Shown: positions 1 through 10,600 of the stretch, in pieces
Layout of the letters: the number at the start of each line of letters is the position of its first letter
How positions within the stretch are numbered: the first letter of the stretch is position 1
Notes under the pieces: generated by a model
Database searches by the model: none
What the model was told of the DNA's origin: nothing
What the model saw: only the letters and a program-made list of their open reading frames with translations
Source: Histomonas meleagridis 2922-C6/04-290x
Lineage: Eukaryota > Protista > Parabasalia
Assembly: GCA_020184695.1 (NCBI GenBank)
Contig: JAANOX010000002.1
Location: forward strand, 124,001 to 188,000
Length of the DNA stretch: 64,000 nucleotides
Direction of reading: 5' to 3'
Made by a program: the position numbers and the translations under genes

Positions 1-641
1 CTTCCAATTAAATTGGTGGATACAACTTTAAGGAAGGATGCTTTGGTGCTGGAGGCGATGGCACGTGCTATAAGTGTTTTTCCTGTACCAGGAGGACCAT
101 ATAATAAGGCTCCTTTAGGCGCTTTGACTCCAACTCGAACAAAAATTTCGGGATTAACAAGTGGAAGTTCAATGATTTCACGGATTTCGTTGATTTGATC
201 ACCAAGACCACCAACGTCAGAATATTTGACGTTTCCAGGATCTTCAGTGGTCATATGATATACTTGTGGATCAACTTGACGTGGAAGTGCATGCATAATA
301 GTACGAGTAGCAGTATCAAGGGTAACACGTCTACCGATTGTTAATAAAGATGGGTCAAGTCGTGATCTTGCTTTAACAACAAATCTATCATCACCTTCTA
401 TTTTAACAATGTATCTTTCGCCGTCAAGAATTCTGTAGATTTCTGCAATCTTTTGTCCAACTGAATGCATAGCATTAATTTGTCTTTCAGTTTCGTCTAA
501 TTCTGCTTGAGCTGTTTGTACGGCTAAACCTCTTTCCTTGATTTCAGCTTCAAGCTTAGTCATTCTAATTAGTTTTGAAGTATATTCTTTCATAGCTTCT
601 TCATGTTCATCAACAACAGGCGCATCATTGTTCTCAGTCAT
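1..641 (-). CDS. RPT4: 26S proteasome AAA-ATPase subunit Rpt4 (PSMC6/10B), 3'-truncated by window edge
   Basis: Manual translation from ATG at 641: ...VTLDTATRTIMHALPRQVDPQVYHMTTEDPGNVKYSDVGGLGDQINEIREIIELPLVNPEIFVRVGVKAPKGALLYGPPGTGKTLIARAIA...; Walker A plus Rpt4-type EDPGNV motif; open to position 1. Confidence 0.9.
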   Translation of the reverse strand, partial: MTENNDAPVVDEHEEAMKEYTSKLIRMTKLEAEIKERGLAVQTAQAELDETERQINAMHSVGQKIAEIYRILDGERYIVKIEGDDRFVVKARSRLDPSLLTIGRRVTLDTATRTIMHALPRQVDPQVYHMTTEDPGNVKYSDVGGLGDQINEIREIIELPLVNPEIFVRVGVKAPKGALLYGPPGTGKTLIARAIASSTKASFLKVVSTNLIG

Positions 642-857
642 TCTGCAACACTAAAATAACCGCAAATTGGTATACAAATAAAGCGGTTTTGCCAATTATA
701 GTTATCTGGCCAACTATAAATTTCTTATTAAATTTCTCGTTTATCTCAACTCGTATTTTTTCATCTAACAATCAAAAAAACTCATAGTAAACAAACAGAA
801 AAATTATTTTTTTATGTTTGAATTGACTGCCATTCATGTGTGTTTATTATTCATTTT

Positions 858-2348
858 TTACATCTTTTCCTTTTTTAATTTCTGAACATAGTTATTAAAG
901 GCAGCTACGTTAACACCAGGGAATAATCCAACATTTGCCCTGAAGAATTTTGAAATGTCCTTAAAGCTCGGTCTATTCTCTGTCACACCACTCCAACATC
1001 TATCCAACAATCCAAGGAATTCCTTTGGCGTATCATAAGGAACATCTGGTCTCACTCCTTGACACACCTTCATCACCAATTCACCCATCGACTTAACGTC
1101 CCCGAATGCGGGTGCCCCTGTCAAAACCTCCGACATGACCACCCCGTACGAGTAAACGTCCGCCGATCCGTTATATTCGGCTCCTTGTAACAGTTCAGGC
1201 GCCATATAAATAGGCGATCCGACCATTTGGGACTGCCTCATTTTCTCTTTTTCATTTACCATTAATTTTGAGAACCCGAAATCACATACGACAGGTTCGT
1301 TATTAGATGTCATTAAAACATTCGCAGGCTTTAAGTCGCGATGAACAATTCCTAACTTAGAATGAATGTAACGCATCGCTTCTGCAATGCCATAAAGGAC
1401 TATCATCTTAAATGTTGGATCACTAACTCGATTTTGATCAATGTAATCTTGCAAAGAACCATTCGGCAAATATTCAGTAAGAATCACTGGAGATGGATCT
1501 TCAGCTGATGCCTTAAGTGTGAGCCCATGAAGATGAAGAACTGCCGGATGACTTGCAAACGCAAGAAGTTCAACTTCGCGCAAAAATTGGATCTGATCAA
1601 ATGATGTTATGATATCAACAAAAATATGTTTGGCAGCAAATAGGTTCCCGGTGCTGTTCTCCCGAACAAGAAAGACATCGCCATAAGAACCTTTGCCTAA
1701 TTGACGTATGGTGGTGTAATTTTTTAGATCAATGATTTTTTCATGAAGAAAATGATGTTCAACTTTGGTCTTGGGTACTTTCTCTTTCTCCTTTTCATGC
1801 GTCTCTTGTGGTTGTGGTGGAGTGGGATATTGAGGTTGTGGAGTTGTAGAGTATTGAACGGATGGTGATGGCTGAGGACTTGGATATAATTGTGGTTGCT
1901 GCTGTTGTTGCTGTGGTGGTGGTTGCTGCTGTGGTGGAACCGCGGGATACTGAATGGAAGGAGATGCTTGTGGATATGTTGGCTGAGATTGATAAGTAGG
2001 TATTGTTGGATTTTGAGATTGGATTGTCTGTGAATACACTGGTGGTTGAGTATGTTGATAATCTGTGGTTGATTGGGTTGGCGCTTGTGTTGATGTTAGA
2101 TCTTGACCCTTCATTTTGATTTTGACCATTTGGATCCTTTTCCTGACTGTTTCAAGCTGCCCAAGCAACTTTATTGTGAGTTCTTTATTATTTTTTTCAC
2201 GATTTAAAATTGATTGATAAACTAATTGTGATTTATTGAAATAATCTAAAGAAGAGTCAAAATTGCATTTTTTGTACTCTTCTGATCCAAGATTCGCTAA
2301 ATCAACTGCCTTTTTGATTTCTTGACTCGGGATGTATTTCTTTGTCAT
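858..2348 (-). CDS. TKL-like protein kinase with N-terminal MIT-like helical region and Q/P/Y-rich linker
   Basis: GKGSYG, FAAK, HRDLKPAN, DFG, GSPIYMAPE, DVYSYG motifs. Confidence 0.9.
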   Translation of the reverse strand: MTKKYIPSQEIKKAVDLANLGSEEYKKCNFDSSLDYFNKSQLVYQSILNREKNNKELTIKLLGQLETVRKRIQMVKIKMKGQDLTSTQAPTQSTTDYQHTQPPVYSQTIQSQNPTIPTYQSQPTYPQASPSIQYPAVPPQQQPPPQQQQQQPQLYPSPQPSPSVQYSTTPQPQYPTPPQPQETHEKEKEKVPKTKVEHHFLHEKIIDLKNYTTIRQLGKGSYGDVFLVRENSTGNLFAAKHIFVDIITSFDQIQFLREVELLAFASHPAVLHLHGLTLKASAEDPSPVILTEYLPNGSLQDYIDQNRVSDPTFKMIVLYGIAEAMRYIHSKLGIVHRDLKPANVLMTSNNEPVVCDFGFSKLMVNEKEKMRQSQMVGSPIYMAPELLQGAEYNGSADVYSYGVVMSEVLTGAPAFGDVKSMGELVMKVCQGVRPDVPYDTPKEFLGLLDRCWSGVTENRPSFKDISKFFRANVGLFPGVNVAAFNNYVQKLKKEKM

Positions 2349-2613
2349 TTCTTTTCTGAATAAAAAGGTTAATGAAAATATTAAATGCTTTACATAAAAA
2401 CAGCCCTATCGACTTGCCTTTTTGATGAAATTGAATCAAAATGTTTGGAAAAAGTGGAAAAACCGTTGGACTTCAACCATTTTTGAATTGCTGGTGTACA
2501 CCGGAAAAAAACGGTTATTCTTCTTGTTGCTGCCTTAGAAGCATTTTAATTCAACATTGATTAATTTGTGGTTTGCTTTTTTTTGAAATGGTTCTTCATT
2601 TACTTTTTTGTGA

Positions 2614-3105
2614 TCATGAAATTGGAAGATTTTTTAATTCTGCTTCTCCTTCATGCCACGTACCTTTCCAGACATTTTTATCTTTGTCTGTGTATGTTCC
2701 CGGCCCTTCCATTTTTCCATTTTCCCATTCGCCTTCAAAAAATGATCCATCCGGCCATGTATATATTCCATGTCCATGCATTTTTCCTGACTTCCATTCA
2801 CCTTTATAAACAGAACCATCAATTGCTGTATAAACACCATATCCTTGGTATTGATCTTCAACAAATTCACCGTCATATGTTGCACCACCATCTGTATAAA
2901 TTCCCGTCCCATGGCGTTTCATTTTTCCCCCAAAGCGTTGCCATTGTCCTTCATATTTTGCTAATGTAGCACGATGAGTAAAAATTCCTTCTCCTGCATT
3001 TGGCGGTGGAGGATCAAATTCATACCCATGTGTTTTGCCCTTAGCTACATTTTTTTTTGCAGGTGGACGATTTTGTTGTTCGCTTGTAGATGGTTTGGGA
3101 GGCAT
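2614..3105 (-). CDS. MORN-repeat protein
   Basis: Repeats of Y/F-x-G-E/Q-W/F...x-H-G-x-G-x-Y (YEGQW...RHGTGIY, YDGEF...QGYGVY, YKGEW...HGHGIY, FEGEW...EGPGTY). Confidence 0.9.
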   Translation of the reverse strand: MPPKPSTSEQQNRPPAKKNVAKGKTHGYEFDPPPPNAGEGIFTHRATLAKYEGQWQRFGGKMKRHGTGIYTDGGATYDGEFVEDQYQGYGVYTAIDGSVYKGEWKSGKMHGHGIYTWPDGSFFEGEWENGKMEGPGTYTDKDKNVWKGTWHEGEAELKNLPIS

Positions 3106-3479
3106 TATTTAACGGATTTTCTGTCTCTTTTTCTGTACTTACAAGAAAAGTGAAAAGAACTAAGATTATCGTTCCAGATACCAACGGTTAGTAAAATTGT
3201 GCTGAAATTGATCGTTTTGATTGAGCATCAATGTACATGGATATGTCTTCCATCTATAAAAAGAATTCAAAGGTTTGTTATTAAAAGATGTACAATCTTT
3301 TTTGTCAAACTCCCTGAAGGTGTGCATATATATGTTTGTCTAATGATATTTGTCATTAAAAAGTTACAAAGTGAAATGGAACGTTTATAAAAAAATATCA
3401 CAAACAAAATATCGTTACAAGTTCTTTATGATAAAAAATTCGAACACATAAATATTTAAAAGTTATTTCTTTTCCAAAT

Positions 3480-4370
3480 CCTCAATTTCCCAAACTCTTA
3501 ACTTGCAATCCATTCCCTAAGAAGCGAACATATTTCGGTATTGAATGTGCAAATTATTGTTTGTGTCCAAAGCCACAAAAGTTGCAGTATAACTCTGTCA
3601 GATATTATTTTCATAATTATTTATAAGTTTTACGACTGTTTCTTCTGAAGACGCGAAATTTTTTTTGTAAAACATTGTTAAACAAGTTATTGGACTATTT
3701 TCTTACAATTATATTGTTATTAATATTATATATCAATGCCACCATCTTCATAACATCAGATTGATTAGAAAACGTAGTATAAGTTGCTTCAAATTGCGTT
3801 TTGTTATATGATGATATTTGTTTCATTGTCGAAATAATATTTAATTACGCAACTTTTGTTATAAAAAAGGTCGATATTAAATGAGATCGTATTATAACTT
3901 TAAAGATGATAGTTAATGATGGAAACATTAACATTTCAAGTCATCCATCAAATACAATACATCGCAAGATATTTATTATCTGATGAAAACTTCATAAAGC
4001 CAATTGGCTTCTTACGTTGTAATGTTGATAATAATTTAATGTCAATAGGTTTGGAGATGTTCGTTTTTGGTATTAATTCTGTTAATGACCAATGGAAATC
4101 TTCTGTCGTTTCTTCTTCTTCTTCTTCTTAATATTTATGTGATGGTTCACTGTTATCATTGGGTCTAATTGGTGATTCATCTTCTATAAAGTCTATATCA
4201 AATGAATCACTATTATCTGAGAAATCATATTCCGATGAAAGTGGTAAATTACCATGATTTTTCTATTTGAAGAATAAGTGGATCAATTGTGTTACGTGAA
4301 AAATGATTCCATTCTTCATTATCGTCAAAATCATCAATAATTTCTAATAAAATACCCCAATATGATGCAT
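3480..4370 (-). pseudogene. Probable decayed CDS (acidic N-terminus, WD40-like fragment)
   Basis: Coding-like fragments LEIIDDFDDNEEWNHFSRNTIDPLIL, PLSSEYDFSDNSDSFDIDFIEDESP and PIGFMKFSSDNKYLA, broken by scattered stops and frameshifts; boundaries approximate. Confidence 0.3.
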
Positions 4371-4632
4371 TGATTGATTTAATGAATCAACAATGTCTGA
4401 TATCAGATACCGATGAAAAAGATTTTTGAAAAGTGTCAAAAATGAAAGGTGAAGTGAAGTGTTTTTGCAAACAAAGCTTTTGTGGGCTCGATGATTTGGT
4501 GTAGATCAAAATGTTTTACAACCATTCAATCATGTGTTTTGGCAAAAAGTGAACCAAATTTTAAATAAATTTTCCGGTGCTAAAAAAAATATTTAATTCA
4601 AAAATTCAAGCTCCCCAATTGGGCAAGCTGAC

Positions 4633-6870
4633 ATGTTTTGCAGGAAAAAATCATCGAATTATGTTTTTTTAATCTCATGCACTGTAAAAAAGCTTTGGTT
4701 ACAAAATGTGTTACTTGGCCATTTGTTTTTTAAGGTACTCGAAAAAAATCAATTTAAATTTTACACACTATTTTTAATTTTTGCATCTCTTATCAGAGCA
4801 AATGAAGTTGGTCTCCAAGTCAAATATGAGAATAATCATGTTTTACTAAATTGGACAGGTCAATCATCACCAGATTTAATATATTCAGTTTTTTCTCAAA
4901 AAAATGGATCAAATTGGAAACCACTTAGCACATTTGATTTCAACACAACAAAAAGTATCAAAGTACTTAATGTATATCCAAATACAAGTACTAAAGTCAA
5001 TTTTGTATATAAATCACAACCAACAGTAAATATAACACTTCCACTTTCTGCTGTTCTTAAAGTTTGGATCGAAGGAGGTTATTATATATATAATGGAACA
5101 AATTATAGTTATGAAAGCTTAGGAACAAACTTCGAATCACAAGACGAAATTATAAATGTTACACCAATCTCAAGTAGTGATTTTGAATCGATGAGTTTAG
5201 AAAGTATGAAAAATTATGATATCATTGTAATTGGTATCATGGATTCGAATGGCGGGCCTTATTGCCAACCATACAGCGAAACAGTTCAACGCGTTTCGCA
5301 ATATATTGATCTTGGCTATGGTGTTTTATTTGGTCACGATGTAATTGGTTATTTTTATGGGAACTCTTTTGGCTATGGACAAATTGCAGACAAATTCGGA
5401 ATTAAACTTGGGACGGAGCCATGCTCTGTATCTGGTTATTGCTCTCCAGGTACACTTAGTTCAAGCTGGGAACATTACTCAAATGAATTCAAAGTTACAA
5501 ATCGAGGTTTAGTTACTAACTATCCATACAACATTCCAAATGGCGTTTTGCCAATAAGTCAAACGCATACGAATTCAAATGCAGCATTTGGCGATGTTTG
5601 GGCTGAATTAGGCGAATTTGCTACTGGAACTAATAAAAATTTTACAGAAGCCGAATCATATCCATGGGAACTTGATGGGTATTCAGAGGTAAGATATGGT
5701 AATCCGCACTATTACTTAACTACATATAAAAACACTGCAATGATTCAGACAGGACATACATTAGCTAGTGCAACATTATATGAGCGACAGCTTCTTACGA
5801 ATACTATTTACTATTTATATCAGCGAACACCACTTCAGTATTCGTATGATAATTCAGTCGAGCCGCCGAAATTAAATCCACCAAATATTACACGAATTGA
5901 AGGCAAAAGATCAGTTGAAATCAGCACAGATAATAATTATATCACTGAAAGCATTAATTATAAAGTTATTGGCAATGCAACAAATGGAACTAAATTATGT
6001 GAATCATCGCCAGTTCAATTTAATCTCACCACATATGTCGAAAAATATTATTACATTATTGATGAAAACGAAAGCACAAACATTACGAAAGATAGCACAA
6101 ACGCCACCAAAACAACGAACGGCACCATCTCAGATATCCGAGACGGCGATCTTTATGTCCATGTTGCGTCAATTGACAACTATGAAGCATTAAGTGACAC
6201 ATCGCACTTCTTCTTGTATAAAGAGACTTCGACATTGACATTTTCCGAATCGAATACATACAGTCAATCGAATACATACACTAATTCGAATACATATACA
6301 AAGTCGAATGCATTTTCGCAAAGTCATACGTATACTCAATCGAACGCATTTACACCATCGCTTCCTGTTGGCGCATCTTTATCACATACGTTTACACTTC
6401 TCTACAAAATAACATATACAAATTCAATAACACTTAAGACTATTCATATCATAGATTCATTTATTAATTCGTTCACATATTATCATTCTGAAAACACATA
6501 TTTGGAAATATTATCAAATACGCAATTAATTTATTACGAATATGATTTTATTTCGTATTCCTATTTGGAGAAATCTTATTATTTTGGCTTCTACATATTA
6601 GTGTTCATTAATGTTGAAAAGACAGATAAAATAAGTTCTAAAGTTTTGATTGGAATAATTTGCGGTTCGTTTGCTTTCGTGTTGGTCATGATTGGAATGG
6701 TCATTTTCTTGGTTAAAAAAGGAAAAAAAAAGGAAAAGGAAATAAGTTCTTCAAACTACGATGTGACCACAACAGCAAAAAGCCCTTCCACTGGACATGT
6801 TCAAGAGAACCAAGAAATCGATTTAAACTTAACTGATGTTGTAAATAACGAAAATGATAACTGGATATAG
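4633..6870 (+). CDS. Type I single-pass surface protein with bacterial-like extracellular domain and S/T-rich stalk
   Basis: 745-aa ORF; signal-like FYTLFLIFASLIRA; GVLFGHDVIG and YLTTYKNTAMIQTGH motifs; SNTYT hexapeptide stalk; TM VLIGIICGSFAFVLVMIGMVIFLV then KKGKKK; acidic tail. True start uncertain. Confidence 0.8.
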   Translation: MFCRKKSSNYVFLISCTVKKLWLQNVLLGHLFFKVLEKNQFKFYTLFLIFASLIRANEVGLQVKYENNHVLLNWTGQSSPDLIYSVFSQKNGSNWKPLSTFDFNTTKSIKVLNVYPNTSTKVNFVYKSQPTVNITLPLSAVLKVWIEGGYYIYNGTNYSYESLGTNFESQDEIINVTPISSSDFESMSLESMKNYDIIVIGIMDSNGGPYCQPYSETVQRVSQYIDLGYGVLFGHDVIGYFYGNSFGYGQIADKFGIKLGTEPCSVSGYCSPGTLSSSWEHYSNEFKVTNRGLVTNYPYNIPNGVLPISQTHTNSNAAFGDVWAELGEFATGTNKNFTEAESYPWELDGYSEVRYGNPHYYLTTYKNTAMIQTGHTLASATLYERQLLTNTIYYLYQRTPLQYSYDNSVEPPKLNPPNITRIEGKRSVEISTDNNYITESINYKVIGNATNGTKLCESSPVQFNLTTYVEKYYYIIDENESTNITKDSTNATKTTNGTISDIRDGDLYVHVASIDNYEALSDTSHFFLYKETSTLTFSESNTYSQSNTYTNSNTYTKSNAFSQSHTYTQSNAFTPSLPVGASLSHTFTLLYKITYTNSITLKTIHIIDSFINSFTYYHSENTYLEILSNTQLIYYEYDFISYSYLEKSYYFGFYILVFINVEKTDKISSKVLIGIICGSFAFVLVMIGMVIFLVKKGKKKEKEISSSNYDVTTTAKSPSTGHVQENQEIDLNLTDVVNNENDNWI
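6250..6357 (+). repeat. 18-nt coding tandem repeat, 6 copies of S-N/H-T/A-Y/F-T/S-x
   Basis: tcgaatacatac... units encoding SNTYSQ SNTYTN SNTYTK SNAFSQ SHTYTQ SNAFTP. Confidence 0.7.
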
Positions 6871-7114
6871 TCCATATATATAATGAATAAAACTTTTTTG
6901 TTTGTTTATAAATTTTACATAAATGAGGAAAATGATAATTACAGATGATAATAATGTATTAGATTTCGATCGAGATAAAATTAAAGCTGTGAGATAAACG
7001 ATCAAAATGACTTCAAAATATGACTTTTTGTGCAGGTTTTTTCAGTCGTGTAAACCGTCGTTTTCAAAAGGTTATCAAAAAAATGGCAAAATTTCCAAAA
7101 TTTCATTTATTCAC

Positions 7115-7654
7115 ATGAAACCTCAAGGAAATGATCCTTCTCTGCCACATCCAAACGGAGATCCAACAATTCCAGGACAACACGTTGACGGAAGAACGCC
7201 AAATGAAAGAAGATATATTGATTTTCCTGATAATCCAGACTTATATGGACAAATTGAACCAGGTGTAGAACCACATGATATGCGAAGGCCACAAATATAT
7301 CAAGATCGACGTGATCCTAGTCCACTTCGAGATTTTGCACCTCCTGGTCAAGCACCACCAATTGGAAGTCCAAATTCACCTTTTTATGGTATAGATGGAC
7401 AAGGTGGTCTTAGGCAACCAAGGCAACGATCACCATTAATGGTTCAAAACCCACGTGGTGATTATGACCAAATGGTAGCAATGGGAATGATTGACCCGCC
7501 CCCAGGATTCGAAGACGATCACTCTTTACCTGGGCTGCCCCCACCTCGGGGTGGCCCGCGGGGCGGTTTCAACCCACCCGGGTTTCCACGGGGCGGCCCG
7601 CGAGGCGGCGGTTTTGATCCTCCTGGGTTTGGCGGCGGATTTTCATTTTGTTAA
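7115..7654 (+). CDS. Pro/Gly/Arg-rich low-complexity protein (RGGPRGG repeats)
   Basis: GC-richer ORF; ATG 7115 preceded by TCATT initiator at about 7103; PPRGGPRGGFNPPGFPRGGPRGGGF tail. Confidence 0.6.
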   Translation: MKPQGNDPSLPHPNGDPTIPGQHVDGRTPNERRYIDFPDNPDLYGQIEPGVEPHDMRRPQIYQDRRDPSPLRDFAPPGQAPPIGSPNSPFYGIDGQGGLRQPRQRSPLMVQNPRGDYDQMVAMGMIDPPPGFEDDHSLPGLPPPRGGPRGGFNPPGFPRGGPRGGGFDPPGFGGGFSFC

Positions 7655-7683
7655 AAATCATTTAAACCAAAAATAAACACATT

Positions 7684-10600
7684 TTATTGATTAACATTTT
7701 TTTCTTTTAAGTCGTTTGCCTTTTTTTTCCACATTTCCAAATTACAATTTAACTGATCGACGGTTGGCATAATTTGCGGCAATGCTTGTGCCAACGAAAA
7801 GAACGCGGGGTTAGCGATGAACAATAAGAAAGCGATTTGTTCCTGTGCGATCAACAAATCGCTTTCATTTTTACCGTTAATTTTATTTAGTTGATACGTC
7901 CATTTTTCATAACTTTGGAAAGATTGAGTTGTTGGGTATAAACTTGCGCATTTTAATACCATTTTCAGTAACAGCACTCTATGGTGGACGGAGTTCAAGT
8001 TCAAAATCATTTGTGGGTAAATCAAGTTACTAAACTTCGACACGATTTCAAAGTGTTGCGACATATCTGTTGACAAAATCAACGAAATGATTAAATGCCA
8101 CAATTGATTCCGTTGATTGATATCGATGTTTTCGAAGATGTTTTCTTCTTCTTTTTCGATGATTCGAATGGTTTCTTCGCAATGATGAATTTCTTCAATT
8201 GGCCGATTTCGATATAAGAACAAAAACGCAATTTCGGAGTCTTCATTTAACATTTGATTATTAATTGCAGAGTGATCAATGTCTTGACAAATCGAAGCGA
8301 TTAATAATCCTAAAACTTCGATCTTCGACAAGACTTCGGAAAGTTTTGTATTCGATATTATATAATATACGAATTTTACTGTTGAAACCACTTTTTTCCA
8401 ATTATAAAATTCGTTTTCTGTATACTTAGAGTAAACAGTCAATAAGAAACGAACTAATTTAAAGTTATTAATTTGAAATGTGATTGATAACTTTAAATCA
8501 TAAAAATAAGAAATCAAAAGTTTAAATTGTTCTAATTCATTCATCATTGATATGTCATATCTAAACGAAGAGTATTTAGTTAATTCTTCCGGCTTTAACA
8601 TTATTTGTGAAGCAGGTAAATAAGTTTTACTTTCTTCCGATGATATTAAATTCGACAAAATTATCGCAAGTGATTGACAAGAAGTATTTGTTCCATATAT
8701 ATCAAATGCAACGCCTGCAAATGAAGCGAAAGCCTTTAAAAGCTTTTCATCTTCATTCGTAAATATTCCGCCATTTGATATCATGTTTTTATTAGTTAAT
8801 TCAATCACAGCTACAATTTTATTATTCGATTTAACAGGTACCGCTAATATCGATTTAGTTTTATAGCCAGTCTTTTGATCTACAGAAGGATCAAATCGTT
8901 TATCTTTATACGCGTCGGGTATATTTAATATTATATCATATTTAGCTACATATCCAACAATACCTTTTCCTTTAACAATTGAAATTTGTCTTTCTTCTTC
9001 ACTTAAAAACGTTGTATTAAAATTCATGTTTTTATCATCTATAAAAAACATTGCACATCTTTCAGCTTGTAAAAGATCGCATGTAATATTCATTATATGA
9101 TGTAATATTATTGGAACTGATTTACTTCTTAAGAATATAATTAATGTATCTAATAAAGCTTGTGATTTCTTTGTCGATAAAATCGAACTTTCAATAACAT
9201 TCGAATTAGCTAATGCTATACCAGTAAATATTGACATAGCTTTAGCTAATTCTGCATCACTATCATTAAATGATTCACTATTTAACTTATTCATTAATTG
9301 TACGACAGCAATTATATTACCATTTTGATCATTGACTGGAATCGTTAATAAACTTTTCGTTCGATAACCAGTCATTTTATCAATCGAAGAATTAAATCGT
9401 GAATCTTCATACACGTCAGCGATATTAATGATTTCTCCAGTCGTAGCTACATGTCCTGCAATACCAGCGTTTATAGGTAATAATAATGATTTATCAGTAC
9501 CTTGCGCTACTTTTGATATTAAATGTGTTTTAGTTTCATCAATAGTAAATAATGATGCACGTTCTGCGCCTATTAAACTACATGCGTTCTTTAATATTGT
9601 ATCAACTAATACACAAATACTTGTTTGCCGTGATAAACTTTCAGCTGTTTGTAATAACGATGCTAATTTCTCTTGTACTCTTAAAGCAAAATGTAAATCA
9701 TTTGTTCTTTTGTAATAATTCATTGATAAGTTTAATGTCGGTGATGCACCTAATGCAATTATTGATAACTTACGTAAATCTTTTGTATTAAAACATGGCA
9801 TATGTTTCTTTGCTCGACAAATGATAACAGAAAATACTTCGTCTTTGAATATTAATGGAATCCCAATTAAAGATCGTGATTTATATTGACCATCCATCTC
9901 CGAGTTATATGCTTTATGTTCACATGCATATGAACAATTTACTAATGTCTTATGATCAAATATGTAACCGGCAATTCCAGACTTATTTATAGAAATACTT
10001 TTCTTTTGGATGTTCTTTCCTATTGTTTCAAACCAAAAAATGTTTTTCGGATCTTTAAAATATATATTAACATCTTCTGGTGTGATTAAGTCATTAATTA
10101 ATGTCTTTAATGTAGATAAAAGACTAAAAAAATTGGTTTGCTTGGAAATTAATTTTGCTAAGATTCGAAAGTTCTTTGAAGTCTCTTTAATATCGCCATT
10201 AAACTTCCGGAAAACTCGATAAAGTCTTGACGAAAAAAAATTAAGTAATGTTAAATCACTTTGTGGCCAATACATATAAGAAGCTCCTGATTTATGGATT
10301 TTATCTATTAACATTAAGACGCCATATAATTGATCTGTGGTTGGATCAATAATAGGTTCTGCTAAAATAATATCAGAATCTTCACAAAATGGATAATCAT
10401 ATTCTTCACTAAATAATGGTGATGTTAAAGGATTAGGTGCTACAACTTGACGTTGTTCAGATGCAGCTGTCCCAATTAGGCCAACTTTATGGGGATACCG
10501 CATTAAACGGGAATGATTTATAAGCATTTTAGCTGATGGTATATTATACCATAACATTGATGTGCGACAACCGAAAAGTGACAGGGCGCCTTGTTCGATT

